Made by a program: the position numbers and the translations under genes. From contig JBFRWI010000024.1 in NCBI GenBank assembly GCA_051439505.1, positions 1 to 50,715 on the forward strand: a stretch of DNA of 50,715 nucleotides, read 5' to 3'. Source of the DNA: Hormoscilla sp. (lineage in GTDB: Bacteria; Cyanobacteriota; Cyanobacteriia; Cyanobacteriales; Desertifilaceae). Of the stretch, positions 1-8,883 are shown piece by piece. The notes under the pieces are model-generated. The model was not told the origin of the DNA, did not search any database, and saw only the letters and a program-made list of their open reading frames with translations. Positions within the stretch are counted from its first letter, which is position 1; each line of letters begins with the position of its first letter.

Positions 1-210
1 TCCGATGCAGAGGCGATCGCCTATGGGCGTCGGATGGCCCGGGAAGAAGGGCTACTTTCGGGGATATCCTCAGGTGCGGCCCTCTGTGCGGCGATCGCAG
101 TTGGCAAGCGTCAAGAGAACGCCGGTCGGTTAATCGTGATGATCCAGCCCAGTTTTGGAGAACGCTACTTAAGCACCCCCATGTTCCAGGATCTAGAAGA
201 AGAGAAATAG
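1..210 (+). CDS. cysK: cysteine synthase A, C-terminal part (runs off window start)
   Basis: Frame 1 reads [31 protein letters not shown]...[21 protein letters not shown] and GERYLST are CysK motifs. Confidence 0.93.
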   Translation, partial: SDAEAIAYGRRMAREEGLLSGISSGAALCAAIAVGKRQENAGRLIVMIQPSFGERYLSTPMFQDLEEEK

Positions 211-249
211 CCAGCCGGGCAGGCTTGGGGCTAGTAAAATAGCTTTATT

Positions 250-936
250 ATGGCAAACCCTCTGAATCACTATCAAACCTTAGAAGTTAGTCCGGCGGCG
301 ACCCAAGCAGAGATCAAACAAGCTTATCGCCGCCAGGCCAAGCGATTTCATCCAGACAGCAATCGTGCCACAGCGGACCACGAAAAGATCGCTAGCATTA
401 ACGCCGCCTACGAGGTGCTGGGCGACCCTCAAAAACGTCGGTCATACGATCGCCAGTTCAATCCTGGGCCAAAGGGTCAAAAACCCTATCCAAAAAAGGA
501 TAAGCAATACCAGAGAAATCGGCAAACAGGACAGGATATTGACGAGCACTTGCAGCAATGGTTAAAGCAAGTTTATGTACCAGTTAACCGCTTGCTTGCC
601 CGGATCCTCAACTCTTTAGAGGGGGAAATATATGAATTATCAGCCGATCCATTTGACGACGAACTGCTATCAGGATTTCAAGAATACCTAGAAGAATGTC
701 GGGAATTTCTGTCAGAGGCCCAGTCAGCATTTAGCTCCATGCCGAATCCTGCTAATGTTGCGAGTGTAGCCGCACATCTATATTACTGTCTGAATCAAGT
801 AGGAGATGGCATTGAAGAGTTAAACTGGTTTCCCCTTAACTATGACGAACATTATCTACATACGGGTAAAGAATTGTTTAGAATTGCCGCCGGGTTGCGT
901 CGGGAAGCTCATCGGGCGATTAAAGATATGGTGTAG
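250..936 (+). CDS. DnaJ (J-domain) protein, cyanobacterial type
   Basis: N-terminal J domain NHYQTLEV...KRFHPD...INAAYEVLGDPQKRRSYD with HPD motif. Confidence 0.9.
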   Translation: MANPLNHYQTLEVSPAATQAEIKQAYRRQAKRFHPDSNRATADHEKIASINAAYEVLGDPQKRRSYDRQFNPGPKGQKPYPKKDKQYQRNRQTGQDIDEHLQQWLKQVYVPVNRLLARILNSLEGEIYELSADPFDDELLSGFQEYLEECREFLSEAQSAFSSMPNPANVASVAAHLYYCLNQVGDGIEELNWFPLNYDEHYLHTGKELFRIAAGLRREAHRAIKDMV

Positions 937-970
937 TATAAAGAGCAAACATGACAAGCTAAGCTAAAGA

Positions 971-1387
971 ATGATTATTGATGCTGGAGTGAGTGAATTA
1001 CGGCAAGCATTTAATGCACATATGATGGCCTCTAAACAAACAAAGGGCATTAGCAGATATTTGCTGTTATTCTATGGGGCAGAATGCGGCCTGAAAAGTA
1101 TCTGGTTAAGACAACATGGGTACAGGAAAACAAGTCAGATTCCAGATCAAACACTCTTATCACAAGACGGGCATAACTTATCTAGATGGATTTCAGAAGT
1201 GGGAGTTTACAGTAATACAGTCGGAGATCCTCCCAATTTTCGTTTAGCCCGTGGGGGTTCGAGTTTAGATATAGAAAAGGCTCATCAGGCATGGCGTTAT
1301 GGGATTAGAATGAGGTCAGAAGACGAAAAAGTAGTGGTAGAATGGTTAGAAACTGTTTGTGATTGGATTAAGGAGAACATAGAATAA
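971..1387 (+). CDS. HEPN-like small protein (putative)
   Basis: LLLFYGAECGLK, GHNL and late AWRY motifs resemble the HEPN pattern (ExxLK...H.L...RY); stop overlaps next start (TAATG). Confidence 0.5.
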   Translation: MIIDAGVSELRQAFNAHMMASKQTKGISRYLLLFYGAECGLKSIWLRQHGYRKTSQIPDQTLLSQDGHNLSRWISEVGVYSNTVGDPPNFRLARGGSSLDIEKAHQAWRYGIRMRSEDEKVVVEWLETVCDWIKENIE

Positions 1388-2712
1388 TGATTCCGTCAGA
1401 TATTAGTCTGTACAGTTGGGTTGACGTAGAAGAGGTGTTGCTCCGGAAGCAACAGCAAGGTGACTGGCCAGAATGGTTAGTTTGGGTGAGAGTTTACTGG
1501 GATGATTTAAGGATGGGAATTCGTCCCGGCACTCAAGAGGTGGCCGTCAAGTGGATAGCTGAAGTCTACGACGATCGGTTCCAAATAGATCGGGAACTGG
1601 AGATGGCAGAAGGTTTAATTATTTTAGAATCTGTCTCGGGTAATCAAAGCACGATGGAAGTAATTTTTGAGGAAACAGATGAAGAAATATATACTCCCAG
1701 ACTGATACCGACTTTGTCCAGACCAACAGTAATCCGGCCTCCCCGTCAATATATCGAACTTCCGGAAGTTTTACCTCCCGATTATCCGCCAGTAGTCGCT
1801 TTCCATTCCTTCAAGGGAGGCGTGGGCAAAACAACTCACGCTCTCGCCTTGGCACGAGCTTATGCTGGTGATTTTACCATCAGGAAAAAACCGCGAGTTT
1901 TGCTGATAGATGGAAACTTAGAAGCGCCGGTAATTAATTGGTTGTTCGAGCAGAGATTTCCCCACCCACCGATATCGTTTGCTGACTTGATTACCCTCGC
2001 TCGTGGAGATTTTTCTCCCGCAGCCGAGTTGGCGATTCAATTAGTAGCCGATCGCATGGCCAATAGTCTGGTTGACGGAATTTATGTTTTGCCTTCATTC
2101 CGTGCTAGCGCTGGATTTACCTCCAAAACGGGATTGACTTTGCTGGCAATCAAACCCGAACATCTCATCAAGGGTTCTAAAAATTCGTTTATTTTGACGG
2201 ACATCTTAGGGAGTCTGGGAAAAGCTCTCGGAGTCGATGTAGTATTGGTAGATCTAGATGCTGGACTCTCGGATCTGGCTACTGGTCTGATTTTAGACCC
2301 GCGAGTCTACCGGATTTTTGTCACTACTTTGAGCGCACATTCTGTTTCGGGAACCATTAAACTCTTAGAGCTGATTTCGGAGCGATCGATATACAAACTT
2401 GTGGGTAAAGAAGAGCCATTACCTGCCTTAATTTTCGCCCAAGTACCGAAAGATGAACGGCAAAATGATTTAGTCTTGTCACGAGAAACTCAACTGCTAG
2501 AAGCGGCGCAAGTATTTCTAGGTGCAGACCGTGAAATTCTCAGAATAACCACCCCCTTTGCTGAGAGTTTGCAGGTTTTACCTTCCAGTTGGGAAGATGT
2601 AATAATGGGGCTCCAAGGTGCAGGAATTGTGGATGCTATGGGTCCCGTGATGGAGTGGTTGCCAAGTCCGCGAGTTGAACGCGATCGCGAAAGTCAGATG
2701 TTGCGGGTTTAA
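1387..2712 (+). CDS. ParA/MinD-like (KGGVG-motif) P-loop ATPase with N-terminal extension
   Basis: VVAFHSFKGGVGKTT deviant Walker A; LLIDGNLEAP and VLVDLDAGLS motifs. Confidence 0.75.
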   Translation: MIPSDISLYSWVDVEEVLLRKQQQGDWPEWLVWVRVYWDDLRMGIRPGTQEVAVKWIAEVYDDRFQIDRELEMAEGLIILESVSGNQSTMEVIFEETDEEIYTPRLIPTLSRPTVIRPPRQYIELPEVLPPDYPPVVAFHSFKGGVGKTTHALALARAYAGDFTIRKKPRVLLIDGNLEAPVINWLFEQRFPHPPISFADLITLARGDFSPAAELAIQLVADRMANSLVDGIYVLPSFRASAGFTSKTGLTLLAIKPEHLIKGSKNSFILTDILGSLGKALGVDVVLVDLDAGLSDLATGLILDPRVYRIFVTTLSAHSVSGTIKLLELISERSIYKLVGKEEPLPALIFAQVPKDERQNDLVLSRETQLLEAAQVFLGADREILRITTPFAESLQVLPSSWEDVIMGLQGAGIVDAMGPVMEWLPSPRVERDRESQMLRV

Positions 2713-2760
2713 ACGATCGTCATTCCCATGCTAGCAGTGATAAATTAAGGAGTCACAACT

Positions 2761-3237
2761 GTGATCGTAGCCCCCAGTCAACCCCATTCTCAAGATAGTT
2801 TTGCCATTACCTTTGCCCCCTTGTCCCTAGAGGAAGTCTACGCCTTGGCAGACGATCGGGCCAACGGGGCGGTAGTAGTAATGAGTGGCACTGTCAGGAA
2901 TCAGACGGATGGTAAACCCGTGGTAGCCTTAGAATATCAAGCTTACGAACCAATGGCCATTCAGATATTTCGTAACATTGCCGCCCAGATTCGCGATCGA
3001 TGGCCTGATGTAAATCGGGTGGCGATCCACCATCGCACGGGACGCTTGCAGCAAGGAGAAATTAGCGTCCTGGTAGCTGTGGGTTGTCCCCACCGGGGCG
3101 AAGCTTTTGCCGCTTGTCAGTACGCGATCGACACCTTGAAGCACAATGCCCCCATCTGGAAAAAGGAACATTGGGCCGATGGTTCCAGCAGTTGGGTGAG
3201 TATTGGAGCTTGTGAAGCGGTTGGTACTAACTGCTAG
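2761..3237 (+). CDS. moaE: molybdopterin synthase catalytic subunit
   Basis: GAVVVMSGTVR, LEYQAYEPMA, HRTGRL, HRGEAF, KHNAPIWKKE. Confidence 0.95.
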   Translation: MIVAPSQPHSQDSFAITFAPLSLEEVYALADDRANGAVVVMSGTVRNQTDGKPVVALEYQAYEPMAIQIFRNIAAQIRDRWPDVNRVAIHHRTGRLQQGEISVLVAVGCPHRGEAFAACQYAIDTLKHNAPIWKKEHWADGSSSWVSIGACEAVGTNC

Positions 3238-3245
3238 TTTCCGGC

Positions 3246-3278
3246 CAATTGTCAATTGACAATTGTCAATTGACAATT
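3246..3278. repeat. short tandem heptamer repeat (STRR-like, CAATTGW)
   Basis: caattgt caattga caattgt caattga caatt between convergent genes. Confidence 0.8.
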
Positions 3279-3286
3279 TTCTTATC

Positions 3287-3565
3287 TTATGCCAATACTG
3301 GCTCTGATGCTTCCGCAACTTGCAGGCGATCGCAGGCTATTTTATCCAGGAGGGTAACACCACTGATTTCCCCATGATATATTTCCAGTGTCGCTTCTGG
3401 TGGCGCTTCAAACAACAGATATTCCTTGGGGAACACAACCCGCTCAAAGTACCAACCGGGAATATTCGTAATCCGAGCAATCAGAATTTCATTGGTTACA
3501 TTCACATAACTACAAAGAGTTTTCCGACTGCGATCGGCTTTGAGAGCATCAAGTATTTGAGTCAT
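3287..3565 (-). CDS. DUF1830-like cyanobacterial protein
   Basis: CSYVNVT...IARITNIPGWYFERVVFP...LLFEAPPEATLEI. Confidence 0.8.
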   Translation of the reverse strand: MTQILDALKADRSRKTLCSYVNVTNEILIARITNIPGWYFERVVFPKEYLLFEAPPEATLEIYHGEISGVTLLDKIACDRLQVAEASEPVLA

Positions 3566-4053
3566 ACCCTTTTAACCACTTGTTAATTTTTTCTTAAACC
3601 ACAATCCGGTGGATCTTGGCATCGCCTATGAGACATGGCGAATGGGGACAATGGCAATCAAGTGCTCCTCTATACCAAATGTCCTCCGCTCCGCCCCTAG
3701 AGCCGACTGAACCATGCCGATCCCAGGGGACGGGATCGTCTCTCGATCTTCATTCTACTAAATTTCTTGGCTTTTAAATTAACGATCTTTACAAAATCGT
3801 TACAAAATTTAACATTCTCGGCTATTTTAGCCTAATATATGTGCTAATTGACACTCGATATATAGTTGATTATTCAGACGATCGCACCCAGGCGGCTATA
3901 TTGGCCATTGGTGGTACCCTGAGAGTAGCATAAGCTTAAGTTGGCTAATTGCTAATGGTGAATGGAGAATTGCTAATTGACAAGGTTTTCTATCTATGTT
4001 TGAATAGTTTTCTGGGCGATCGCCCGGTAAATCAAGTCCGCTGGAGAGATAAC

Positions 4054-4395
4054 ATGGCAGCTTATCAAGTGCGTCTGGTGAATGAGAAAATTGATCTAGA
4101 TCGCGCGATCGAGGTGCCCGAGAACGAGTATATCCTCGACATAGCAGAGGAGGTGGGGATCCGGTTACCATCTGGATGCAAGCAAGGAGAATGTTCTGCT
4201 TGTGTGGCCCAACTTTTGAGTGGGGAAGTGGATCAAAGGGAACAAAAATTTCTCCGTCCGTCGGAGATAGCAGCAGGATACATTGTCACTTGCGTAGCTT
4301 ATCCTTTATCAGATTGTACCCTGCTGACTCACCAAGAACAAGTGCTTTATAAATCTTCTCTTTACTTTCAGCAGGATACTACTTCCGCAAGTTAG
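4054..4395 (+). CDS. plant-type 2Fe-2S ferredoxin
   Basis: LPSGCKQGECSAC...VTCVAYPLSD; ATG 4054 preceded by GGAGAG. Confidence 0.9.
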   Translation: MAAYQVRLVNEKIDLDRAIEVPENEYILDIAEEVGIRLPSGCKQGECSACVAQLLSGEVDQREQKFLRPSEIAAGYIVTCVAYPLSDCTLLTHQEQVLYKSSLYFQQDTTSAS

Positions 4396-5294
4396 TTTAA
4401 ATCCGCCACAAATGGGGCGATCGCCCGCACAAATTCCGCAGTTGATTCATAAGGTAACACGTTCCGACCGGGAATTTTCATCCCGCGACCATTTGGCAAG
4501 CATTGCAAATAAGCAGCTATACGTCGATCAGGCGTTTCCGTCTTACCTTCTCGGCTAATATTTGATGCCTTTTCTCCCACAACTACCAAAGTGGGTTGAG
4601 AAATAGCGGCGATCGCGCTTTCGTAGTCCTGTCGCCAAAACCCAGCGAGAAAGGAAAACACGGCATGGCGACTAGCAGGGTTTTCTGCCCCTGCTTCCAA
4701 GGTATCTAACCAGGAACCATCGACTCCCGAGACCTCAGCAAACAGTTTGTCTGTAGAAAAAGACTGCAAAAATTGCCGACGGCGGGCGTAGCGATAGAAA
4801 GCATTACCAAGAGGAGAGTCAAATAATAGATTCCAGACCAGTCTTTGCTGCCAAGGGCTTGACTTTTTGGTCATTATCGGCCAACCTGGAGGACCAGCAA
4901 ACACCAGTCCTCGAATCAAATTAGGTTGGCTTTGGGTTAAGGCGATCGCCACTGGTAAGAGGGCACCTTGGACGAGGACAATGGCGGGTTTTTGGATGAC
5001 AGTCTGCAAAAAATGTTGCAACTGAGCTGCCCAATCGGTAGGATCGTAAGCTAGGCGGGGCATATCGCTTTCACCGCATCCGAGTAAGTCCGGATTGTAA
5101 ATGGGATTGCGGTGACCTCGATCGTACCATTGGGAGCAGAATCTGCGCCAAAACTGCCCCGATAATCCCACCCCGATGGGATGAATCAACAGTAGGGGAA
5201 TGCCGGTAGCAGCAGTGGGGGCAGTTGGGTAATGGACTTCGTAGGCGCAGCGATAATTCTGCCAAGAGTAAAATTCAGTAGCCATCGGTTGCAT
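4392..5294 (-). CDS. alpha/beta fold hydrolase family protein
   Basis: LLLIHPIGVG, PDLLGCGESD; nucleophile elbow reads VQGAL, with no canonical GxSxG. Confidence 0.75.
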   Translation of the reverse strand: MQPMATEFYSWQNYRCAYEVHYPTAPTAATGIPLLLIHPIGVGLSGQFWRRFCSQWYDRGHRNPIYNPDLLGCGESDMPRLAYDPTDWAAQLQHFLQTVIQKPAIVLVQGALLPVAIALTQSQPNLIRGLVFAGPPGWPIMTKKSSPWQQRLVWNLLFDSPLGNAFYRYARRRQFLQSFSTDKLFAEVSGVDGSWLDTLEAGAENPASRHAVFSFLAGFWRQDYESAIAAISQPTLVVVGEKASNISREGKTETPDRRIAAYLQCLPNGRGMKIPGRNVLPYESTAEFVRAIAPFVADLN

Positions 5295-5400
5295 AAAGTA
5301 GACTCAGTCTCTATAGGATATACTCAGTATATACTATAATGGAGAAACGGTTGGGAAAACCCAGCTAAAAGAACCGGTGAGAGGAAAAAAGAACACACCT

Positions 5401-6672
5401 ATGGAACCTGTACTGACTCAATTTGGCGTGAAGATGTCCCACCTCAGCGGGGTGCGGGCAATTATGAAAGATATCATCGAAACTTTAACTGCTGGTAAGG
5501 GGCAGGATTTTATTAATCTGAGTGCGGGAAATCCCGTTATTTTACCAGAAGTAGAGCAGTTGTGGCGGGATTGTACGGCAGAACTGCTATCTAGTCGGGA
5601 ATACGGTGAGGTGGTTTGTCGCTACGGCATATCTCAAGGATATCAGCCTTTGATTGAAGCAGTCAAGGATGATTTTAACCGGCGCTACGGGTGGGAACTG
5701 GGCGATCGCAATATTCTGATTACCCCTGGAAGTCAAGCAATCTATTTTTTGGCTGCGAATGCCTTTGGCGGCTATACTACTGATGGCACCCTCAAGCAAA
5801 TTGTGTTACCATTGAGTCCAGATTACACGGGATACGGCTCGATTAGCTTGACAGAAGATGTAGTATATGCCTATAAACCGAGGATAGAAATGGCATCCCA
5901 TCGGTTCAAGTATCGCCCGGACTTCAGTCAACTGCAAATTACCGAAAATACCGGTTGCGTTATCTTCTCTCGCCCCTGCAACCCCACGGGAAATGTTTTG
6001 ACAGATGATGAGGTACACAAAATTGGCGCGATCGCCTCTACCTCTAATGTACCAGTGTTCATCGACTCGGCCTATGGCCCGCCCTATCCGGCCCTGAATT
6101 TTACGGACATGACGCCAGTATTTGGAGATAATATCGTCCATTGTCTGAGTTTATCAAAGGCGGGACTGCCAGGAGAACGGATTGGTGTGGCGATCGGATC
6201 TCCTAAAATACTGAAGGTATTGGAGTCATTTCAGACAAATTTGTGCATTCATTCCTCCCGCTACGGACAGGCGATCGCGGCATTAGCGATTAAGTCAGGT
6301 AAACTTGGGCAGATATCAGATGAGGTAATTCGTCCATTTTATCAGAAAAAGTTCGAGATTGTTGAAGAAACATTGGATGAAGTAATGCCCAAAGAATTAC
6401 CCTGGTTCCTGCATCGGGGAGAAGGGGCAATATTTGCCTGGTTGTGGTTGCAAGATTTACCAATTACTGATTGGGAATTTTACGAAAAGCTGAAACAAGT
6501 AGGAGTGCTAGTAGTGCCAGGGAGTCCATTTTTTCCAGGTATGCGGTCAGAATGGCAACACAAACAAGAGTGCATGAGAATTAGCGTGACGGCGACGAAT
6601 GAAGAAATTGTCATGGGAATGTATCGCCTGGCAAAAGTTGTCGAACATCTGTATAATAATAAAGGTTCGTAG
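5401..6672 (+). CDS. avtA: valine--pyruvate transaminase
   Basis: LSGVRAIMKDII, LSAGNP, SRPCNPTGNV, DSAYG, SLSKAGLPGERIG (PLP lysine). Confidence 0.88.
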   Translation: MEPVLTQFGVKMSHLSGVRAIMKDIIETLTAGKGQDFINLSAGNPVILPEVEQLWRDCTAELLSSREYGEVVCRYGISQGYQPLIEAVKDDFNRRYGWELGDRNILITPGSQAIYFLAANAFGGYTTDGTLKQIVLPLSPDYTGYGSISLTEDVVYAYKPRIEMASHRFKYRPDFSQLQITENTGCVIFSRPCNPTGNVLTDDEVHKIGAIASTSNVPVFIDSAYGPPYPALNFTDMTPVFGDNIVHCLSLSKAGLPGERIGVAIGSPKILKVLESFQTNLCIHSSRYGQAIAALAIKSGKLGQISDEVIRPFYQKKFEIVEETLDEVMPKELPWFLHRGEGAIFAWLWLQDLPITDWEFYEKLKQVGVLVVPGSPFFPGMRSEWQHKQECMRISVTATNEEIVMGMYRLAKVVEHLYNNKGS

Positions 6673-6765
6673 TAAGGACTTTAGTCCTTATCTTCTTAAC
6701 TCGCGGAGGAGGACTAAAGTCCTCACTACAAACGGCGGATGAGGACTAAAGTCCTCACTACAAAC
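6664..6765. repeat. three GTAG-hairpin REP copies (family A), one forward and two inverted
   Basis: ggttcGTAG-taaggac-ttta-gtcctta at 6664; gaggactaaagtcctcactacaaac at 6709 and 6741. Confidence 0.85.
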
Positions 6766-6776
6766 GGAATAGAAAA

Positions 6777-7385
6777 ATGAGCAATGAAGAATGGATAGAA
6801 ATTGGTACAATAGTTGCGCCCCACGCCCTGGATGGTGAAGTGCGAGTTTATCCTAATACTGACTTTCCCGAACGGTTTCTCGAACCCGGAAAAAGATGGC
6901 TACAACAGGGCGATCGGGAACCGGAACCGGTAGAATTGCTAGGGGGACGCTATATTCCCGGGAAGGGTTTATATGTGGTAGAATTGGCAGGGATAGAATA
7001 TCGCGACCAAGCGGAAGCATTGCGAGATGCCAAACTGTTGGTGCCAGAAAGCGATCGCCCCACCCTGGAAGAGGACGAATATCACGTCAGAGACTTGCTG
7101 AAACTGGAAGTATTTAACCAACTCACAGGAGAGGCGATCGGGGTTGTAGTAGATATAATCCCAGCGGGGAACGATCTGCTAGAAGTGCAGCTGCACAAAC
7201 AACCAGAACCGCAGTCGTCCAAGTCAAATACCCCCATTCCCAATAGGAAGAGTAAAATTAAAAAGAAGCAGCAAAAATCAGGGAAACCAGTTACAGTTTT
7301 GATTCCATTTGTCAAGGAAATTGTGCCCGTGGTAGACTTGGAAAATCGGAGAATGGAGATAGCGCCACCTCCGGGTTTGCTATAA
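6777..7385 (+). CDS. rimM: ribosome maturation factor RimM
   Basis: [46 protein letters not shown]. Confidence 0.95.
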   Translation: MSNEEWIEIGTIVAPHALDGEVRVYPNTDFPERFLEPGKRWLQQGDREPEPVELLGGRYIPGKGLYVVELAGIEYRDQAEALRDAKLLVPESDRPTLEEDEYHVRDLLKLEVFNQLTGEAIGVVVDIIPAGNDLLEVQLHKQPEPQSSKSNTPIPNRKSKIKKKQQKSGKPVTVLIPFVKEIVPVVDLENRRMEIAPPPGLL

Positions 7386-7597
7386 TTGTGTTATGGCCGA
7401 TCTTCCCCCGATGGAGTTGAAGTTTGATCCCATTTTGGAAAAATAATGCTACAATTAGTTGAAACTTAACATTATTTTAAGTGCGGTTTTAACTCAGATC
7501 TTGCATCTGTTACAAAAAGCAGCCTCTGGTTAAAATCAGAGGGTCAGATCCAAAGTCCACAAAAATGGGATCCCATACTTTCAGCGATAATATTTCC

Positions 7598-7660
7598 AGT
7601 GGGTTTTAACCCACTTAAGCTATTAGCCGTGGGTTTTAACCCACGGCGGGCCAGGAGACT
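7598..7660 (+). repeat. 63-bp double-hairpin dispersed repeat (family B)
   Basis: agtgggttttaacccacttaagctattagccgtgggttttaacccacggcgggccaggagact; near-identical at 22531-22593, variant at 30205-30266, inverted relatives near 22222, 22440 and 26490. Confidence 0.85.
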
Positions 7661-7726
7661 AATTTAAACAGCCTCTGGCTGCGATAATAAATTGGGACAA
7701 AAATACACTCGATCGTCAAATCAGGT

Positions 7727-8845
7727 TTACCCCAGGGATCGATCTAGATCGGCAATTAGATCGTCTGGATGTTCCAAACCAACGGATATGCGCAGCAAAT
7801 TGTCCGGAGTTTTCGTAGCTTGTCCTTCAATGGAAGCGCGATGTTCGATGAAACTTTCCACACCACCCAAACTGGTGGCCCGGGTGAAAAGCTTCACCGC
7901 AGAGGTGACAGCAAAAGCCATTTGTTTTCCACCTTTCACCTGGAAGGATAGCATACCTCCAAACAGCCGCATCTGCCTGGCAGCAATTTCATGTCCGGGA
8001 TGGGTTTTAAGTCCGGGATAATGCACCGCTTCCACTTGCGGATGTGCCCCTAAGAAATTGGCAATTTGTAGGGCATTTTCTGTATGGGCCCGCAGGCGAT
8101 AAGGTAAAGTTTTAATGCCCCGCAATAGCAACCAACAATCAAAAGGAGAAGGGACAGCCCCCCCAGAGATTTGAATATGCTGAATCCTGTGAAAAAAATC
8201 ATCGAGAGTCTTACTAATGACCGCCCCGCCCAAGACATCACTATGTCCGCCCAGGTACTTAGTCGTAGCATGGATAACCAAATCAGCACCATGTAGAAAA
8301 GGATTTTGTCCGATGGGTGAGGCCCAGGTATTATCGCAGACGCAGCGGGCATTGGCCTGATGAGCGATATCGGCAATCTCGGCAATATCAGTAATCTTCA
8401 GCAGGGGATTAGAAGGGGTTTCTATCAAAATTAGCTTCGTGTTCTTTTGCACCGCTTGCTGTACTTTCCCAGGATTAGTCATATCCACAAAAGTGACTTC
8501 TAAACCCCACGGCACTAAGATTTCTTGTAAGATAGTACGAGTTCCACTATACAGATCTAAAGGTGCGATCGCATGATCTCCCGGAGAGAGGGCTTGAAAG
8601 ACCGCCATCATCGCTGCTGAACCAGAAGCAAAGGCGGCGGCCACGACACCGGACTCTAACTGACACAGACATTTTTCCAAAGCTTCTCGGTTGGGGTTTT
8701 GCTCTCGAATGTAGCGATATCCCTGGGGGTAGTCGCCTTCTGGGGAACGCTCAAATGTGGTAGAAAGATAAATGGGAGATACCACTGCCCCTGTCCCCAT
8801 ATCGATACTCTGACCTGCATGTACTGCTAATGTTTCTATTTTCAT
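7727..8845 (-). CDS. Cys/Met metabolism PLP enzyme (cystathionine gamma-synthase/lyase family)
   Basis: MKIETLAVHAG, IYLSTTF, ETPSNP, DNTW, HATTKYLGGHSD, SLGGVES, RISVGLE. Confidence 0.9.
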   Translation of the reverse strand: MKIETLAVHAGQSIDMGTGAVVSPIYLSTTFERSPEGDYPQGYRYIREQNPNREALEKCLCQLESGVVAAAFASGSAAMMAVFQALSPGDHAIAPLDLYSGTRTILQEILVPWGLEVTFVDMTNPGKVQQAVQKNTKLILIETPSNPLLKITDIAEIADIAHQANARCVCDNTWASPIGQNPFLHGADLVIHATTKYLGGHSDVLGGAVISKTLDDFFHRIQHIQISGGAVPSPFDCWLLLRGIKTLPYRLRAHTENALQIANFLGAHPQVEAVHYPGLKTHPGHEIAARQMRLFGGMLSFQVKGGKQMAFAVTSAVKLFTRATSLGGVESFIEHRASIEGQATKTPDNLLRISVGLEHPDDLIADLDRSLG

Positions 8846-8883
8846 GGCATGTTTTATTGCGCACCACATATAATTCTAGTCAG

